Assembly: GCA_015152525.1 (NCBI GenBank)
Contig: SUTU01000006.1
Coordinates: 39,986-103,985, forward strand
Source of the DNA: Cyanobacteria bacterium SIG28
GTDB taxonomy: Bacteria > Cyanobacteriota > Vampirovibrionia > Gastranaerophilales > Gastranaerophilaceae
DNA length: 64,000 bases
Reading direction: 5' to 3'
The notes below the pieces were generated by a model that worked only from the letters and a program-made list of their open reading frames with translations, was not told the DNA's origin and made no database searches. Positions 1 through 9,478 of this stretch are shown in pieces. Each line of letters opens with the position of its first letter. Position 1 is the stretch's first letter. Made by a program: the position numbers and the translations under genes.

Positions 1-2
1 TC

Positions 3-203
3 AGAGTTAACGCTGTATGCCCAGGATTTATCCAAACAGCTATGACAGCAGAACTTCCTAACATTGATGAATACTTAAAAGCTATTCCAATGAAAAGACT
101 TGGTACACCGGAAGATATCGCTAAAGTTGTTAAATTCTTAGCTCTTGATACCGAATACGTAACAGGTCAAGCAATCGAAGTTGCAGGCGGTTTGATGATA
201 TAA
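3..203 (+). CDS. fabG: 3' end of a short-chain dehydrogenase/reductase, most likely 3-oxoacyl-ACP reductase (5' end lies outside the window)
   Basis: Frame 3 reads RVNAVCPGFIQTAMT...MKRLGTPEDIAKVVKFLALDTEYVTGQAIEVAGGLMI*, a typical SDR/FabG C-terminus (NxVxPGxIxT, GxPEDIA, ITGQ). Stop codon at 201-203. Confidence 0.6.
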   Translation, partial: RVNAVCPGFIQTAMTAELPNIDEYLKAIPMKRLGTPEDIAKVVKFLALDTEYVTGQAIEVAGGLMI

Positions 204-221
204 TATTAAATTATATTATGT

Positions 222-260
222 AAAAAAATGCCAACTCTATATAGAGTTGGCGTTTTTTTT
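222..260. terminator. Bidirectional rho-independent terminator between fabG (+) and aroA (-)
   Basis: Hairpin GCCAACTCTATATAGAGTTGGC (230-251) has an A-run on one side and a T-run on the other. Confidence 0.7.
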
Positions 261-1554
261 AATCATTTATTAAACTCGTCATTAGACTTTCAAATTCAGG
301 AAAAGAAATATTTATCCATTCAAAATCTTTAATTGCAATTTGTTTTTCAGATACCAAACCTGCTACATAAAAACTCATTGCTAGTCTGTGGTCATGAAAT
401 ACTTGTAACTCTGCATCGCCTGATAACCCTTTTTTCTTATTTCCGTAAACCACAAACCCGTCATTTTGTTCAAAAATATCAACACCTATTTTTTGTAATT
501 CGCTAACAAGACAAGTAATTCTATCTGTTTCTTTGTTTCGCAAATCTTGAGCATCTCTTACGACGGTTTCTCCCTCTGCTTGAGAAGCAAGAACAGCAAT
601 TACAGGCAATTCGTCAATTAATCGAGGAATATCAGCACCGGAAATCTCACAACCTTTTAAATTTTCAGTATACTGAACTCTTATATCCGCAACCATTTCA
701 CCGGAAATCTTTCGCTCGTTAATCAAATCAATGTTTCCGCCCATTTTTTTAACTACATCTAAAATGCCTGTGCGAGTCGGATTTATGCCGACATTTTTAA
801 TGATAAAATCAGAACCTTCAACAATAAGCCCTGCAACGATAAAAAATGCGGCTGAAGATATATCACCTATAACTTCAATATTTTTTGCACTTAATCTGCC
901 GGAAGATATTTTTGTTGTACATTCTTCAAATTCAATATCTGCATCCAAATATTTTAACATTAATTCTGTATGATTTCTGCTTAAATATGGCTCTGTATAG
1001 ATTGTCGTTCCGTTAGTATTTTCATTTAAACCCGCCAAAAGAATACAAGATTTAACCTGAGCACTTGAAATTTGTGAATTGTAATTAATCCCGCATAAAT
1101 TTTTCCCTTTAATGTACAAAGGAGCTTTGCCATCCATTGAAGAAATATCGGCACCCATAAGTTTTAAAGGTTCGATAATTCTCTTCATAGGACGCTTTGA
1201 TAAACTTTCATCACCTGTAATTATTGATTCAAAATCTTGACCTGCTAAAATCCCTGAAACTAATCTCATTGTAGTACCGGAATTCCCTGCATTTAATGGT
1301 TTTATCGGTTTCAAAAGTTTTCCGCCGATAATTTCTAAAGTTTTTTCATCTTTAAACTCTATATTCACACCAAGCTGTTTAAACAGATTTACTGTAGAAA
1401 TACAATCAGCACCGTTTGAAAAATTCTTTATAACAGATTTTCCATCTGCTATAGAAGAAAACATTACAGCACGATGTGATACTGATTTATCAGCAGGTAT
1501 GGTTATTTCACCTGTTAATTTTTTTGTTTTTGAAACTGTTTTTAACATTAGCAC
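259..1554 (-). CDS. aroA: 3-phosphoshikimate 1-carboxyvinyltransferase (EPSP synthase)
   Basis: 431 aa with PADKSVSHRA, LNAGNSGTTMRL, and RPM..R plus DHR..M motifs typical of AroA. Confidence 0.9.
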   Translation of the reverse strand: MLMLKTVSKTKKLTGEITIPADKSVSHRAVMFSSIADGKSVIKNFSNGADCISTVNLFKQLGVNIEFKDEKTLEIIGGKLLKPIKPLNAGNSGTTMRLVSGILAGQDFESIITGDESLSKRPMKRIIEPLKLMGADISSMDGKAPLYIKGKNLCGINYNSQISSAQVKSCILLAGLNENTNGTTIYTEPYLSRNHTELMLKYLDADIEFEECTTKISSGRLSAKNIEVIGDISSAAFFIVAGLIVEGSDFIIKNVGINPTRTGILDVVKKMGGNIDLINERKISGEMVADIRVQYTENLKGCEISGADIPRLIDELPVIAVLASQAEGETVVRDAQDLRNKETDRITCLVSELQKIGVDIFEQNDGFVVYGNKKKGLSGDAELQVFHDHRLAMSFYVAGLVSEKQIAIKDFEWINISFPEFESLMTSLIND

Positions 1555-1647
1555 CCTATAATTATTATTATTATAATTTTACAATACTAACTCTATTATT
1601 TACAATTTATTTTATGTTAAAATCATTATAAAAGAGGATTTTAAACT

Positions 1648-3393
1648 ATGAAAATGTCAAAATTATTCGTTCAAACTTTAAGAGAATTCCCTTCAGATGC
1701 AGAAGTTATTTCTCACAAAATGCTTGTAAGAGCAGGATATATCAGAAAACTTACCAGCGGTGTTTATAATTATTTACCGCTTATGTGGCGAGTTTTAAGA
1801 AAAGTTGAAACCATTGTTCGTGAAGAAATGGACAAAGCCGGCGCACAAGAATTATTAATGCCGTTTGTTCAACCAAAAGAGCTCTGGGAAGAATCCGGAC
1901 GCTGGGAAGTTTACGGCAAAGAGTTAATGCGATTACGTGATAGACATAACCGTGAAATGTGTCTTGGACCGACTCACGAAGAAATTATTACAGCGATTGC
2001 TCGTGATGGTTTAAAATCATATAAACAAATGCCTGTTAATTTATATCAAATTCAATCAAAATTCAGAGATGAAGTTCGCCCAAGATTTGGACTTCTAAGA
2101 GGTCGTGAATTTATTATGAAAGATGCTTATTCTTTTGACACTTCACAAGAAGGACTTGAAAAAGAATATGAAAATATGGCACAAGCTTACACAAAAATCT
2201 TTAAAAGATGTGGCTTAAACACAAAAATGGTTCAATCAGATTCAGGCGCAATCGGCGGAAGCGTAAGCCACGAGTTTATGGTAATTACCGACACTGATGC
2301 AGGTGAAAATGACGTATTCTACTGTGATAAATGCGACTATTCAGCAAACTCAAATCACGCAATTTCAAAATTACCGGAAGCAAATACTGTTGGTTCTTGG
2401 ACAAAATCAGAAATTGTTGACACACCAAACACTCATACAATCGAAGAGTTATGCGACTATTTGAATATTTCGGCAAGCCAAATTGTAAAAACACTTGTTT
2501 ATATTATCGATAAAAAACCTGTTTTAGCACTTATCAGAGGTGATAAACAGATTGAAGAAACAAAACTTCTAAACGCTGTTGGCGGTATTGAAATTCGTAT
2601 TGCTACTGCCGGTGAAATCATTGAAATGCTTGAAGTTAACGGCTTTAATGCAGAACCTGGATTTATCGGTCCAATGGGATTAAAAGAATATAATGGTTAC
2701 CAAATTACAGTTGTAGCAGATGAAACAGTTAAAGATTTGAAAAATTTTGTTATTGGTGTTAACCAAAAAGACAAACACGGTGTTGGTTATAACTTTAACT
2801 CAGAACTTCAACTCCCTGAAATCGTAACTGATTTAAGACTTGTTGAAGCCGGTGAATTTTGTCCTGTTTGCGGTCAGCCACTAAAAGTTACTCGTGGTAT
2901 TGAAGTTGGTAATATTTTCCAATTAGGTACAAAATACTCTGCACCGATGAATGCGGTTTATCTTGACCAAAACGGAAAAACTCAGCCTTATGTAATGGGT
3001 TGTTACGGTATCGGTATTTCAAGAACAGCTGCTGCTGCCGTTGAAGCTCATTATGACGAAAACGGTATCAAATGGCCTTTAGCAATTGCACCATATCACG
3101 CAATTGTTATTCCTGTAAGCACAAAAGACGAGCAACAAATGAAAGTTGCGGAAGATATTTATAAAACACTGAAAAAACACGGCGTAGAAGCTGTTATTGA
3201 TGACCGTGATGAACGTCCTGGCGTTAAATTCAAAGATGCAGATTTAATCGGATTTCCTTACAGAATTACCGTAGGAAAAGGGATTGCTGACGGAGTTGTT
3301 GAATTCAAAGTTCGTGAAACTTGTGAGATTTCTAATATCACTCCTGAACAAGCAGCGGAAATCGTTGTAACAGCTGTTAGTAATTTGAAATAA
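1648..3393 (+). CDS. proS: Proline--tRNA ligase, bacterial type with an inserted editing domain
   Basis: 581 aa with MKMSKLFVQTLRE, FRDE.RPRFGLLRGREF.MKDAYSF and GCYGIGISR motifs. AGAGGA ribosome-binding site upstream. Confidence 0.95.
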   Translation: MKMSKLFVQTLREFPSDAEVISHKMLVRAGYIRKLTSGVYNYLPLMWRVLRKVETIVREEMDKAGAQELLMPFVQPKELWEESGRWEVYGKELMRLRDRHNREMCLGPTHEEIITAIARDGLKSYKQMPVNLYQIQSKFRDEVRPRFGLLRGREFIMKDAYSFDTSQEGLEKEYENMAQAYTKIFKRCGLNTKMVQSDSGAIGGSVSHEFMVITDTDAGENDVFYCDKCDYSANSNHAISKLPEANTVGSWTKSEIVDTPNTHTIEELCDYLNISASQIVKTLVYIIDKKPVLALIRGDKQIEETKLLNAVGGIEIRIATAGEIIEMLEVNGFNAEPGFIGPMGLKEYNGYQITVVADETVKDLKNFVIGVNQKDKHGVGYNFNSELQLPEIVTDLRLVEAGEFCPVCGQPLKVTRGIEVGNIFQLGTKYSAPMNAVYLDQNGKTQPYVMGCYGIGISRTAAAAVEAHYDENGIKWPLAIAPYHAIVIPVSTKDEQQMKVAEDIYKTLKKHGVEAVIDDRDERPGVKFKDADLIGFPYRITVGKGIADGVVEFKVRETCEISNITPEQAAEIVVTAVSNLK

Positions 3394-3402
3394 GAGGTTT
3401 TA

Positions 3403-5697
3403 ATGTTTGAATTCCCATTTGAGCTGGATGATTTCCAAAAGGAAGCTTGTGAGTGTATAACTAACGGCAAAAGCGTCGTTGTATGCGCTCCTACAGGTGC
3501 AGGTAAAACGGTTATCGCACAACACGCAATTCATTGCGCACTCAAAGAAGGAAAAAAAGTTTTCTATACAACTCCTTTAAAAGCACTTTCTAACCAAAAA
3601 TTCAGTGATTTTTCAGAAAAATACGGTGCTGATAACGTTGGACTTTTAACAGGTGATACTTCACATAACCGCAATGCTCAAATTGTAGTTATGACAACAG
3701 AAGTTTTTAGAAATATGCTTTATGGCACAAATTTCGGTTCTGTAAGTGATAATTTAAAAGATGTCGGTTATGTAATTTTAGATGAAGTTCATTATATGAA
3801 TGATGAACAACGTGGAACAGTTTGGGAAGAAAGTATAATTTATTGTCCGACAAACGTACAAATCATCGCATTATCCGCAACGGTAGCAAATGCTGATAAA
3901 TTAACAGAATGGATAAATACTGTTCATTCAAAAACAGAACTTATAAATACGGATTTTCGTCCGGTACCTTTAAGATTTTATTATTTTGATTCTTCCCAGC
4001 CTCATACAATTCTACCGCTTTTAACTCCAAACGGAACTTTGAACAAAAAAATTAAACCGGAAAAGAAAGAGTTTAAGCGTGGAAAGCCTGTTCAAAAAAA
4101 ATCTGTTGTTAAAGATGTTGTCAGAAATTTACACGAAAAAGATATGTTACCTGCAATATATTTTACTTTTTCTCGTAAAAAATGCGACGAACAAATGGAA
4201 CGTTGTGCAGAATTATGCTTGGTTACACCGCAAGAACAAGAACAAATTAAAGAAATTATTGATGAATACATAGCCGAAAACTATTATTTATACAAAAATA
4301 AACACATTGAATACTTATTGCAAGGCGTTGCCTCACACCATGCCGGATTACTGCCTGGATGGAAAGTTTTAGTCGAAAAACTATTCCAAAAAGGATTAAT
4401 AAAAGTTGTTTTTGCAACCGAAACCTTAGCTGCAGGAATAAACATGCCGGCACGTTCAACCGTAATAAGTTCGATTAGTAAAAGAACTGATAACGGACAT
4501 CGAACATTGACACCAAGCGAATTTTTGCAAATGTCAGGACGTGCAGGACGTCGAGGAATGGATGATATCGGATATGTAACAATAATCGGTTCAGCATTCC
4601 AAACACCGGAAGAAGTTGCAGAACTTGTTCTGAGCGATGCTAATGATTTGGAAAGTAAATTTTCACCAAGCTATTCTATGGTTCTAAACCTATTACAAAG
4701 ATTTTCGTTAGAAGAAGCTAAAGAACTTGTTCTCAAAAGTTTTGGTTATTTTTCTTCAAACTCAAGAATTGAACCTCTTTTATTATTAAAAGAATTTAAC
4801 CAAGAAAAAATTGATGAATGTAATTCGTTTACTTGTTGGTGCAAACGTACAAACGAAGATTTAATGGAATATAACAAAATTCGTGATATGTATGTTCAAA
4901 ACCGAAAAGTTATGAAAACCATAAATAAACAAGAAAAAAAGAAAAATCGTCCACTTTCACCGGAAATAATCGAATTCGGAAACAAAACAAAAGCGCTTTT
5001 AAATCAAATGCATTCATACGAATGCGATACTTGCAAATTATTCAAAAAACATATGAAAAGCCTTGATGTCTTGTTTAGATATTTAGCAAAACAAAAAGCT
5101 TTAGATAAAGAAATTGAAAAACAAAAAGATATTTTCTGGAATAAGTTTTTAGCACACAGAGCTGTTTTACTTGATTACGGATACATAAAAGACGATTATC
5201 CGACATCGGAAGGTATAACAATATCGCAAATCCGCTCAGAAAATGAACTGTTTTTGGCTCGAATAATCTTCTCAGGTGTTTTAGAAAACCTTACTCCTGC
5301 AGAACTTGCATCAGTTGTTTGTGCAATAACAACCGAAGATATGAGAGCAGATTTATTTTCTCAACTTCCGTTCTCAACAACAGTCAGAAAAACATTAAAT
5401 AAAATCAAAGATATTAAACGAGATTTGGACAAAAAACAAAAAGATTACGATGTTGAAGACCCTATGTATATTAACGGCTATTATTCTCCACTTATTGAAA
5501 TGTGGGTTAACGGCGCAGAATGGGATGATATAATTAATCAAATCGACATGGGTGAAGGTGATATTGTAAGAAGCTTTAAACGTGTAGTTGATGTTTTAAG
5601 ACAATTCTGTACAGTATCAAACATGCCGGAAGCTTTGGTATTTACGGCACGAGAAGCTATTGAAAAAATTCAAAGAAGCCCGATCGATATTGATTAA
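3403..5697 (+). CDS. Ski2/HelY-like DEAD/DEAH-box RNA helicase with a C-terminal DSHCT-like domain
   Basis: Walker A APTGAGKT, a DEVH box, SAT, and the helicase C motif QMSGRAGRRG. The C-terminal WVNGAEWDDI...GEGDIVRSFKRVVDVLRQ resembles DSHCT. Confidence 0.85.
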   Translation: MFEFPFELDDFQKEACECITNGKSVVVCAPTGAGKTVIAQHAIHCALKEGKKVFYTTPLKALSNQKFSDFSEKYGADNVGLLTGDTSHNRNAQIVVMTTEVFRNMLYGTNFGSVSDNLKDVGYVILDEVHYMNDEQRGTVWEESIIYCPTNVQIIALSATVANADKLTEWINTVHSKTELINTDFRPVPLRFYYFDSSQPHTILPLLTPNGTLNKKIKPEKKEFKRGKPVQKKSVVKDVVRNLHEKDMLPAIYFTFSRKKCDEQMERCAELCLVTPQEQEQIKEIIDEYIAENYYLYKNKHIEYLLQGVASHHAGLLPGWKVLVEKLFQKGLIKVVFATETLAAGINMPARSTVISSISKRTDNGHRTLTPSEFLQMSGRAGRRGMDDIGYVTIIGSAFQTPEEVAELVLSDANDLESKFSPSYSMVLNLLQRFSLEEAKELVLKSFGYFSSNSRIEPLLLLKEFNQEKIDECNSFTCWCKRTNEDLMEYNKIRDMYVQNRKVMKTINKQEKKKNRPLSPEIIEFGNKTKALLNQMHSYECDTCKLFKKHMKSLDVLFRYLAKQKALDKEIEKQKDIFWNKFLAHRAVLLDYGYIKDDYPTSEGITISQIRSENELFLARIIFSGVLENLTPAELASVVCAITTEDMRADLFSQLPFSTTVRKTLNKIKDIKRDLDKKQKDYDVEDPMYINGYYSPLIEMWVNGAEWDDIINQIDMGEGDIVRSFKRVVDVLRQFCTVSNMPEALVFTAREAIEKIQRSPIDID

Positions 5698-5985
5698 TTA
5701 TCTTGGAAAACGTATCTTAACAGGTTTACCTTCGCTTAAAAAATATCCTTGTTCTTCACACGCAAGATCAAGTTTAGATGCAGGAACAAATGAATCAGCT
5801 TCAGGAGTTCTTTCTAATTTTTTCTGCATAACCTTTTCTTCTCTTAAAATACGAGCTTCTTCCTGAATTCTTTTTGTTGCTTCTTCTTTTTCTTTTATGC
5901 GAGCCCAAGCTTTAGGATGATTGCGTTTTACTTCCGTCAAAGGTGATTTTGTGCTGGATCTTGTTGTAAATTTTACTTTTCCCAT
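5698..5985 (-). CDS. Hypothetical small Lys/Glu-rich protein (95 aa)
   Basis: ORF with an AGGAAAA ribosome-binding-like site upstream. No recognisable motifs; the product is basic and probably helical. Confidence 0.35.
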   Translation of the reverse strand: MGKVKFTTRSSTKSPLTEVKRNHPKAWARIKEKEEATKRIQEEARILREEKVMQKKLERTPEADSFVPASKLDLACEEQGYFLSEGKPVKIRFPR

Positions 5986-6223
5986 AATAAAAATTTTCCT
6001 AATACTACCACTTTATAATACTAAGAAAACCTGTAAAAATATTTTTTGCTAGCTGTTTTTTATATAAAAATAGTTTATGCGCTCTACACATTTGTTTTCA
6101 TCATCTTAGGGGTAAATGGGGGGGGTAAATGTATTCCAGTTGGTTGGTGAGAGTTACAGGCTCTCACGTCATCCTCAGGGGTAAATGTATTTTGGCTGGT
6201 TGGTGTTGACTACCGGCTTATTT

Positions 6224-6341
6224 GTCATCCTCAAAACGTCAGCTTTGGGGATCCAGCCAATGTTAAAATTTGTGGAGATAAAAAACATAACCCAAATAAT
6301 TATTTAACAAGCTGGATCTCCGGACTTCGTCCGAAGATGAC
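6224..6341. repeat. REPIN-like inverted pair of ~33-nt REP-like units around a ~53-bp AT-rich spacer
   Basis: GTCATCCTCAAAACGTCAGCTTTGGGGATCCAGCC ... GCTGGATCTCCGGACTTCGTCCGAAGATGAC. The outer boxes and inner boxes are mutually complementary. Confidence 0.8.
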
Positions 6342-6452
6342 GGCAAGCCGGTAGTCTAATTTTGGAGGGAATGTGTGTTATTCAAATAAAAACTTATCAG
6401 TTTAATACACTTCTCACCCTACACAAATCTCGTGTCCAAATGTAGCTTATCT

Positions 6453-6569
6453 GTCATCCTCAAAGCGAAGCTTTGGGGATCCAGCCAATGTTAAAATTTG
6501 TGGTGATAAAAAACATAACCCAAATAATTATTCAACAAGCTGGATCTCCGGACTTCGTCCGAAGATGAC
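6453..6569. repeat. REPIN-like inverted pair, second tandem copy
   Basis: GTCATCCTCAAAGCGAAGCTTTGGGGATCCAGCC ... GCTGGATCTCCGGACTTCGTCCGAAGATGAC. Confidence 0.8.
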
Positions 6570-7040
6570 GGCAAGCCGGTAGTCTAATTTTGATGGGAAT
6601 GTGTGTTATTCAAATAAAAGCTTGTCAGTTTAATACACTTCTCACCCTACACAAATCTCGTGTCCAAATGTAGCTTATCTGTCATCCTCAAAGCGAAGCT
6701 TTGGGGATCCAGCCAATGTTAAAAAAGCATGAATAAAAACAGATTTTCCACACTACACAATCATCAAATTTAGACTTAAAAAATCATATTAACTTTTGTA
6801 AAACTTTCACTAAAAACTATAAAGTTTTTTGTAAAATGTGCCGTTATATTTCATGAAAATACTATTAAAAAATAACGAGGTATCTGAACAAGTAGGTTAA
6901 AGTTAAATAAGGTAATTTTTCCTCTATATGTATGATTTTTGAAAAATCTCTTAGTCCGTTTAGAGTATTTTTTTATAATTATTATTGAGGTTTTGTTACA
7001 AATTGTTACAATAAATTTGGATATCCCAAGGAAATTTTTC

Positions 7041-7910
7041 ATGAAAAAATTATTACTCACAACAATTATAGCTTTTGCGTTTTCTTGCGTTTCTGCGAGT
7101 GCAGCGATGGTAATGCTTGATTACATCGGTGAAACTCATGTAACGTCTAATAATATTGAACGCACTTTAATTGCTACCAGTGATGACGGAAAGGCATATA
7201 ATATTGCAATACGTCCTCTCGAAGAAGCTATTACGAATAGCGATGGTACAGTGTCTATACCGTTGGAGTATTTGTTTATTAACAACACAAAAGAGGATGT
7301 GTATCTAAAATATAATGAGTATTCGAATATATTCTGGGATACAACTTTGGATGTTGCGCCAAGGAATATGACAGCAAAGATTAAGGATTATGGTGTAGTG
7401 CCTGCCGGAGTTTATAGCATAACTTTGGAAGTTCAGGCGATTGATATTGAAACTCAGGATGTGGCAACAACTTCAAGTTTTTCATTGCAGTTTATAGTGC
7501 CGACATTCCACGAGTTGAACACTTATTCAGCAGCACCAGAAATAAAGGTTTCTGCTAAGGATGCTTTTACTAAGAACGTAAAAATCAAAAACGAAGTTTC
7601 ACCGATGATTTATATCCGTTCAAATACTGATTGGGTATTGTCTGTTGATACAACTGATTTTGCAGAGGCAGAAGGTAAATTTTATATAAAAACTGAATCT
7701 GCATCAGGAAAAGTTACATCAAGACTTTTGGAAAGAGCTTTGATAACACCTGATACACCGGAAATTATTATTGCAAGAGGTATTGCTCCTGCAGAAAACG
7801 AATTTGTTTCTGTTGAGTTTTCTATGGAAAACCCTGACGGTGGCTATATTCCGGCCGGTGATTACAATTACAAGGTGAAATATATTTTAAGAGAAGGTAG
7901 AGATAAATAG
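7041..7910 (+). CDS. Secreted two-domain pilin/adhesin-like protein, first gene of the fibre operon
   Basis: I prefer the ATG at 7041, which gives the signal peptide MKKLLLTTIIAFAFSCVSASA. The track start at 6939 adds a non-signal extension. Both halves end in a PAG-x-Y amphipathic strand (VPAGVYSITLEVQA, IPAGDYNYKVKYIL). Confidence 0.6.
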   Translation: MKKLLLTTIIAFAFSCVSASAAMVMLDYIGETHVTSNNIERTLIATSDDGKAYNIAIRPLEEAITNSDGTVSIPLEYLFINNTKEDVYLKYNEYSNIFWDTTLDVAPRNMTAKIKDYGVVPAGVYSITLEVQAIDIETQDVATTSSFSLQFIVPTFHELNTYSAAPEIKVSAKDAFTKNVKIKNEVSPMIYIRSNTDWVLSVDTTDFAEAEGKFYIKTESASGKVTSRLLERALITPDTPEIIIARGIAPAENEFVSVEFSMENPDGGYIPAGDYNYKVKYILREGRDK

Positions 7911-7931
7911 GTTAAGGAAAAACGAGGTACA

Positions 7932-8753
7932 ATGAAAAAGAAATTACTGGGAATTTTAATAGCAATGGCAATAGGCATACCGACATATGCTTCAGTATCT
8001 GTTGCACCAACAAGATTGGAGATTAATGCAAACAAGATAAGAAACAATTACGCTACCACTGCTATTGAAATTAGAGGGGATAAATCAAAAGCGACCAGAT
8101 ATAGAGTTTATTCCGGTTATTTCAAAATCTCAGATCAGTCTACTGTAGAAATTGTTGATAAAAACTCTGATATTTATGATATGTCTGACAAAATCCGTTA
8201 TGTTCCGTCAGAATTTACTATCCCACCTGGAAAAACTCAAAAACTTCGTGTAAATATTGCTAATATCAAAAATTTACCTGATGGTGAGTCAAGAGCAATT
8301 CTTTATATCGAAGATATTGAAACAAAAGAATACAATGTACCAAATAATTTGGGAATTGGCGCTCAGCTTATCTTAAAGACAAGAGTTGGCGTACCGATTT
8401 ATGTTGACAAAGGTAAATTTGTTAAAAAAGCAGACATTGAATATTTTAAAGTAGTTAAAAATAAAAAAGGTGATTACACAGAAATAAAAATCAATTCAAC
8501 AGGTAACAGCCGAGTTCGATATAACGGTATTGTACAAATAGTAAAAGGTAAAAAACTGATTGATGAATACTCTATTGAAGGTAGAGCTGTTGGTGAAAAT
8601 AACCACTATATAGCAAGAGATGCTATAAAAACTAAAAATCTAAAAGAAGCCGGAGAATACACCTTGAAACTGATATTATACTATCAAGATGAAAACGGCG
8701 TAAGAAAAAATATAAAAAAAGACGCAATATACAATGTAGATGGGAACATTTAA
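7932..8753 (+). CDS. PapD-like periplasmic pilus chaperone candidate
   Basis: Signal peptide, then SVSVAPTRLEI and FTIPPGKTQKLRVNIANIKNLPDGESRAILYIEDIE. This parallels the chaperone N-domain pattern (V.P.R.., PP.f.l.pg..q.lRi...lP.DrES...). A second beta-rich domain follows. Confidence 0.5.
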   Translation: MKKKLLGILIAMAIGIPTYASVSVAPTRLEINANKIRNNYATTAIEIRGDKSKATRYRVYSGYFKISDQSTVEIVDKNSDIYDMSDKIRYVPSEFTIPPGKTQKLRVNIANIKNLPDGESRAILYIEDIETKEYNVPNNLGIGAQLILKTRVGVPIYVDKGKFVKKADIEYFKVVKNKKGDYTEIKINSTGNSRVRYNGIVQIVKGKKLIDEYSIEGRAVGENNHYIARDAIKTKNLKEAGEYTLKLILYYQDENGVRKNIKKDAIYNVDGNI

Positions 8754-8775
8754 GTAAGAAAGGAAGGTACCCCAC

Positions 8776-9465
8776 ATGAAAATCTCTAAAATCACAAAAT
8801 TATTGCCTTTAGCTGTAGCATTTGTTATGGCAACAACAGGCGCTTATGCACCTGCAGGTGCAGCTACGGAGGCTACTAATACCACTCAAACGGCCAATTA
8901 TTCTCTAGACTTGCAACCATTCTTTGATATTGAAACTACATCTTCATCATTATCATCAACCACATCATTTAGTGGAAACTATACCGAATTAACTATGGAT
9001 ACAGCTTTAAATGCTACTTTCCAAGTAATTGGTAACCAAGTATCTCAATCTGTAGCATTATCTGCAACTTGTCCTGTATTTGATAGTGAAGATCAAAATG
9101 CTACAGGTGGTGCTTTGTACAATGTAGCTGAAGGTAATAATGCAGGTTTGAGAATTATTTTTGCTAACAGTACAAATCGACCAAGTGATTTAACCACAAT
9201 GAAAACAACTCATGCAACAGCATCAAGCCCTAATGCAATTGCATTTACATTGACACCAACTTATACTCATGAAGAAGCATCGTCTAATGGTTTCTTAAAT
9301 ACTCCTGCACTATCTGCTGATAAAATTGTTTACGAACTTCCAAACGGAAAACACACATTCCAATACGTAATTGGAACAACACCTATAGATAGTTCATTCT
9401 CTACACTTGATACTAACGGAACTTATACAGCAACATTAACATTGGCACAATATACTGCTCCTTAG
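8776..9465 (+). CDS. Secreted pilin-like subunit (Thr/Ser/Asn-rich)
   Basis: Signal peptide ...TTGAYAPAGA. C-terminal strand GTYTATLTLAQYTAP resembles the terminal G-x-Y-x-a-t-l strand of SCPU/Csu-type and other chaperone-usher pilins. Confidence 0.5.
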   Translation: MKISKITKLLPLAVAFVMATTGAYAPAGAATEATNTTQTANYSLDLQPFFDIETTSSSLSSTTSFSGNYTELTMDTALNATFQVIGNQVSQSVALSATCPVFDSEDQNATGGALYNVAEGNNAGLRIIFANSTNRPSDLTTMKTTHATASSPNAIAFTLTPTYTHEEASSNGFLNTPALSADKIVYELPNGKHTFQYVIGTTPIDSSFSTLDTNGTYTATLTLAQYTAP

Positions 9466-9478
9466 TTGAGGTAACAAA

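Larger units (their letters stand above)
6098..6724. repeat. Composite intergenic repeat cluster: GGGGTAAATG modules followed by 2.2 copies of a ~229-bp tandem unit
   Basis: Direct reading shows units starting at GTCATCCTCA at 6224, 6453 and 6681. Copies are near-identical with a few substitutions. Confidence 0.9.

Noticed and set aside
731-973. Short ORFs nested antisense or out of frame in aroA, proS, the helicase gene, recG, the cyclase gene, malQ, gyrB, plsX and others (for example 731-973, 2285-2494, 4079-4459, 15697-15948, 27986-28309, 57545-58026, 60322-60552)
   Set aside because: All lie wholly inside longer, motif-supported genes and show a biased, low-complexity composition typical of shadow ORFs.
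1555-1647. Possible T-box or leader upstream of proS
   Set aside because: The gap is only 93 bp and is shared with the divergent aroA promoter. That is too short for a T-box, and no specifier or antiterminator structure is visible.
6851-7060. ORF 6851-7060 (-) and the 6939 start proposed for the first fibre-operon gene
   Set aside because: Both are AT-rich promoter-region artefacts. The ATG at 7041 gives a canonical signal peptide straight away, whereas the extension gives a nonsensical hydrophobic leader.
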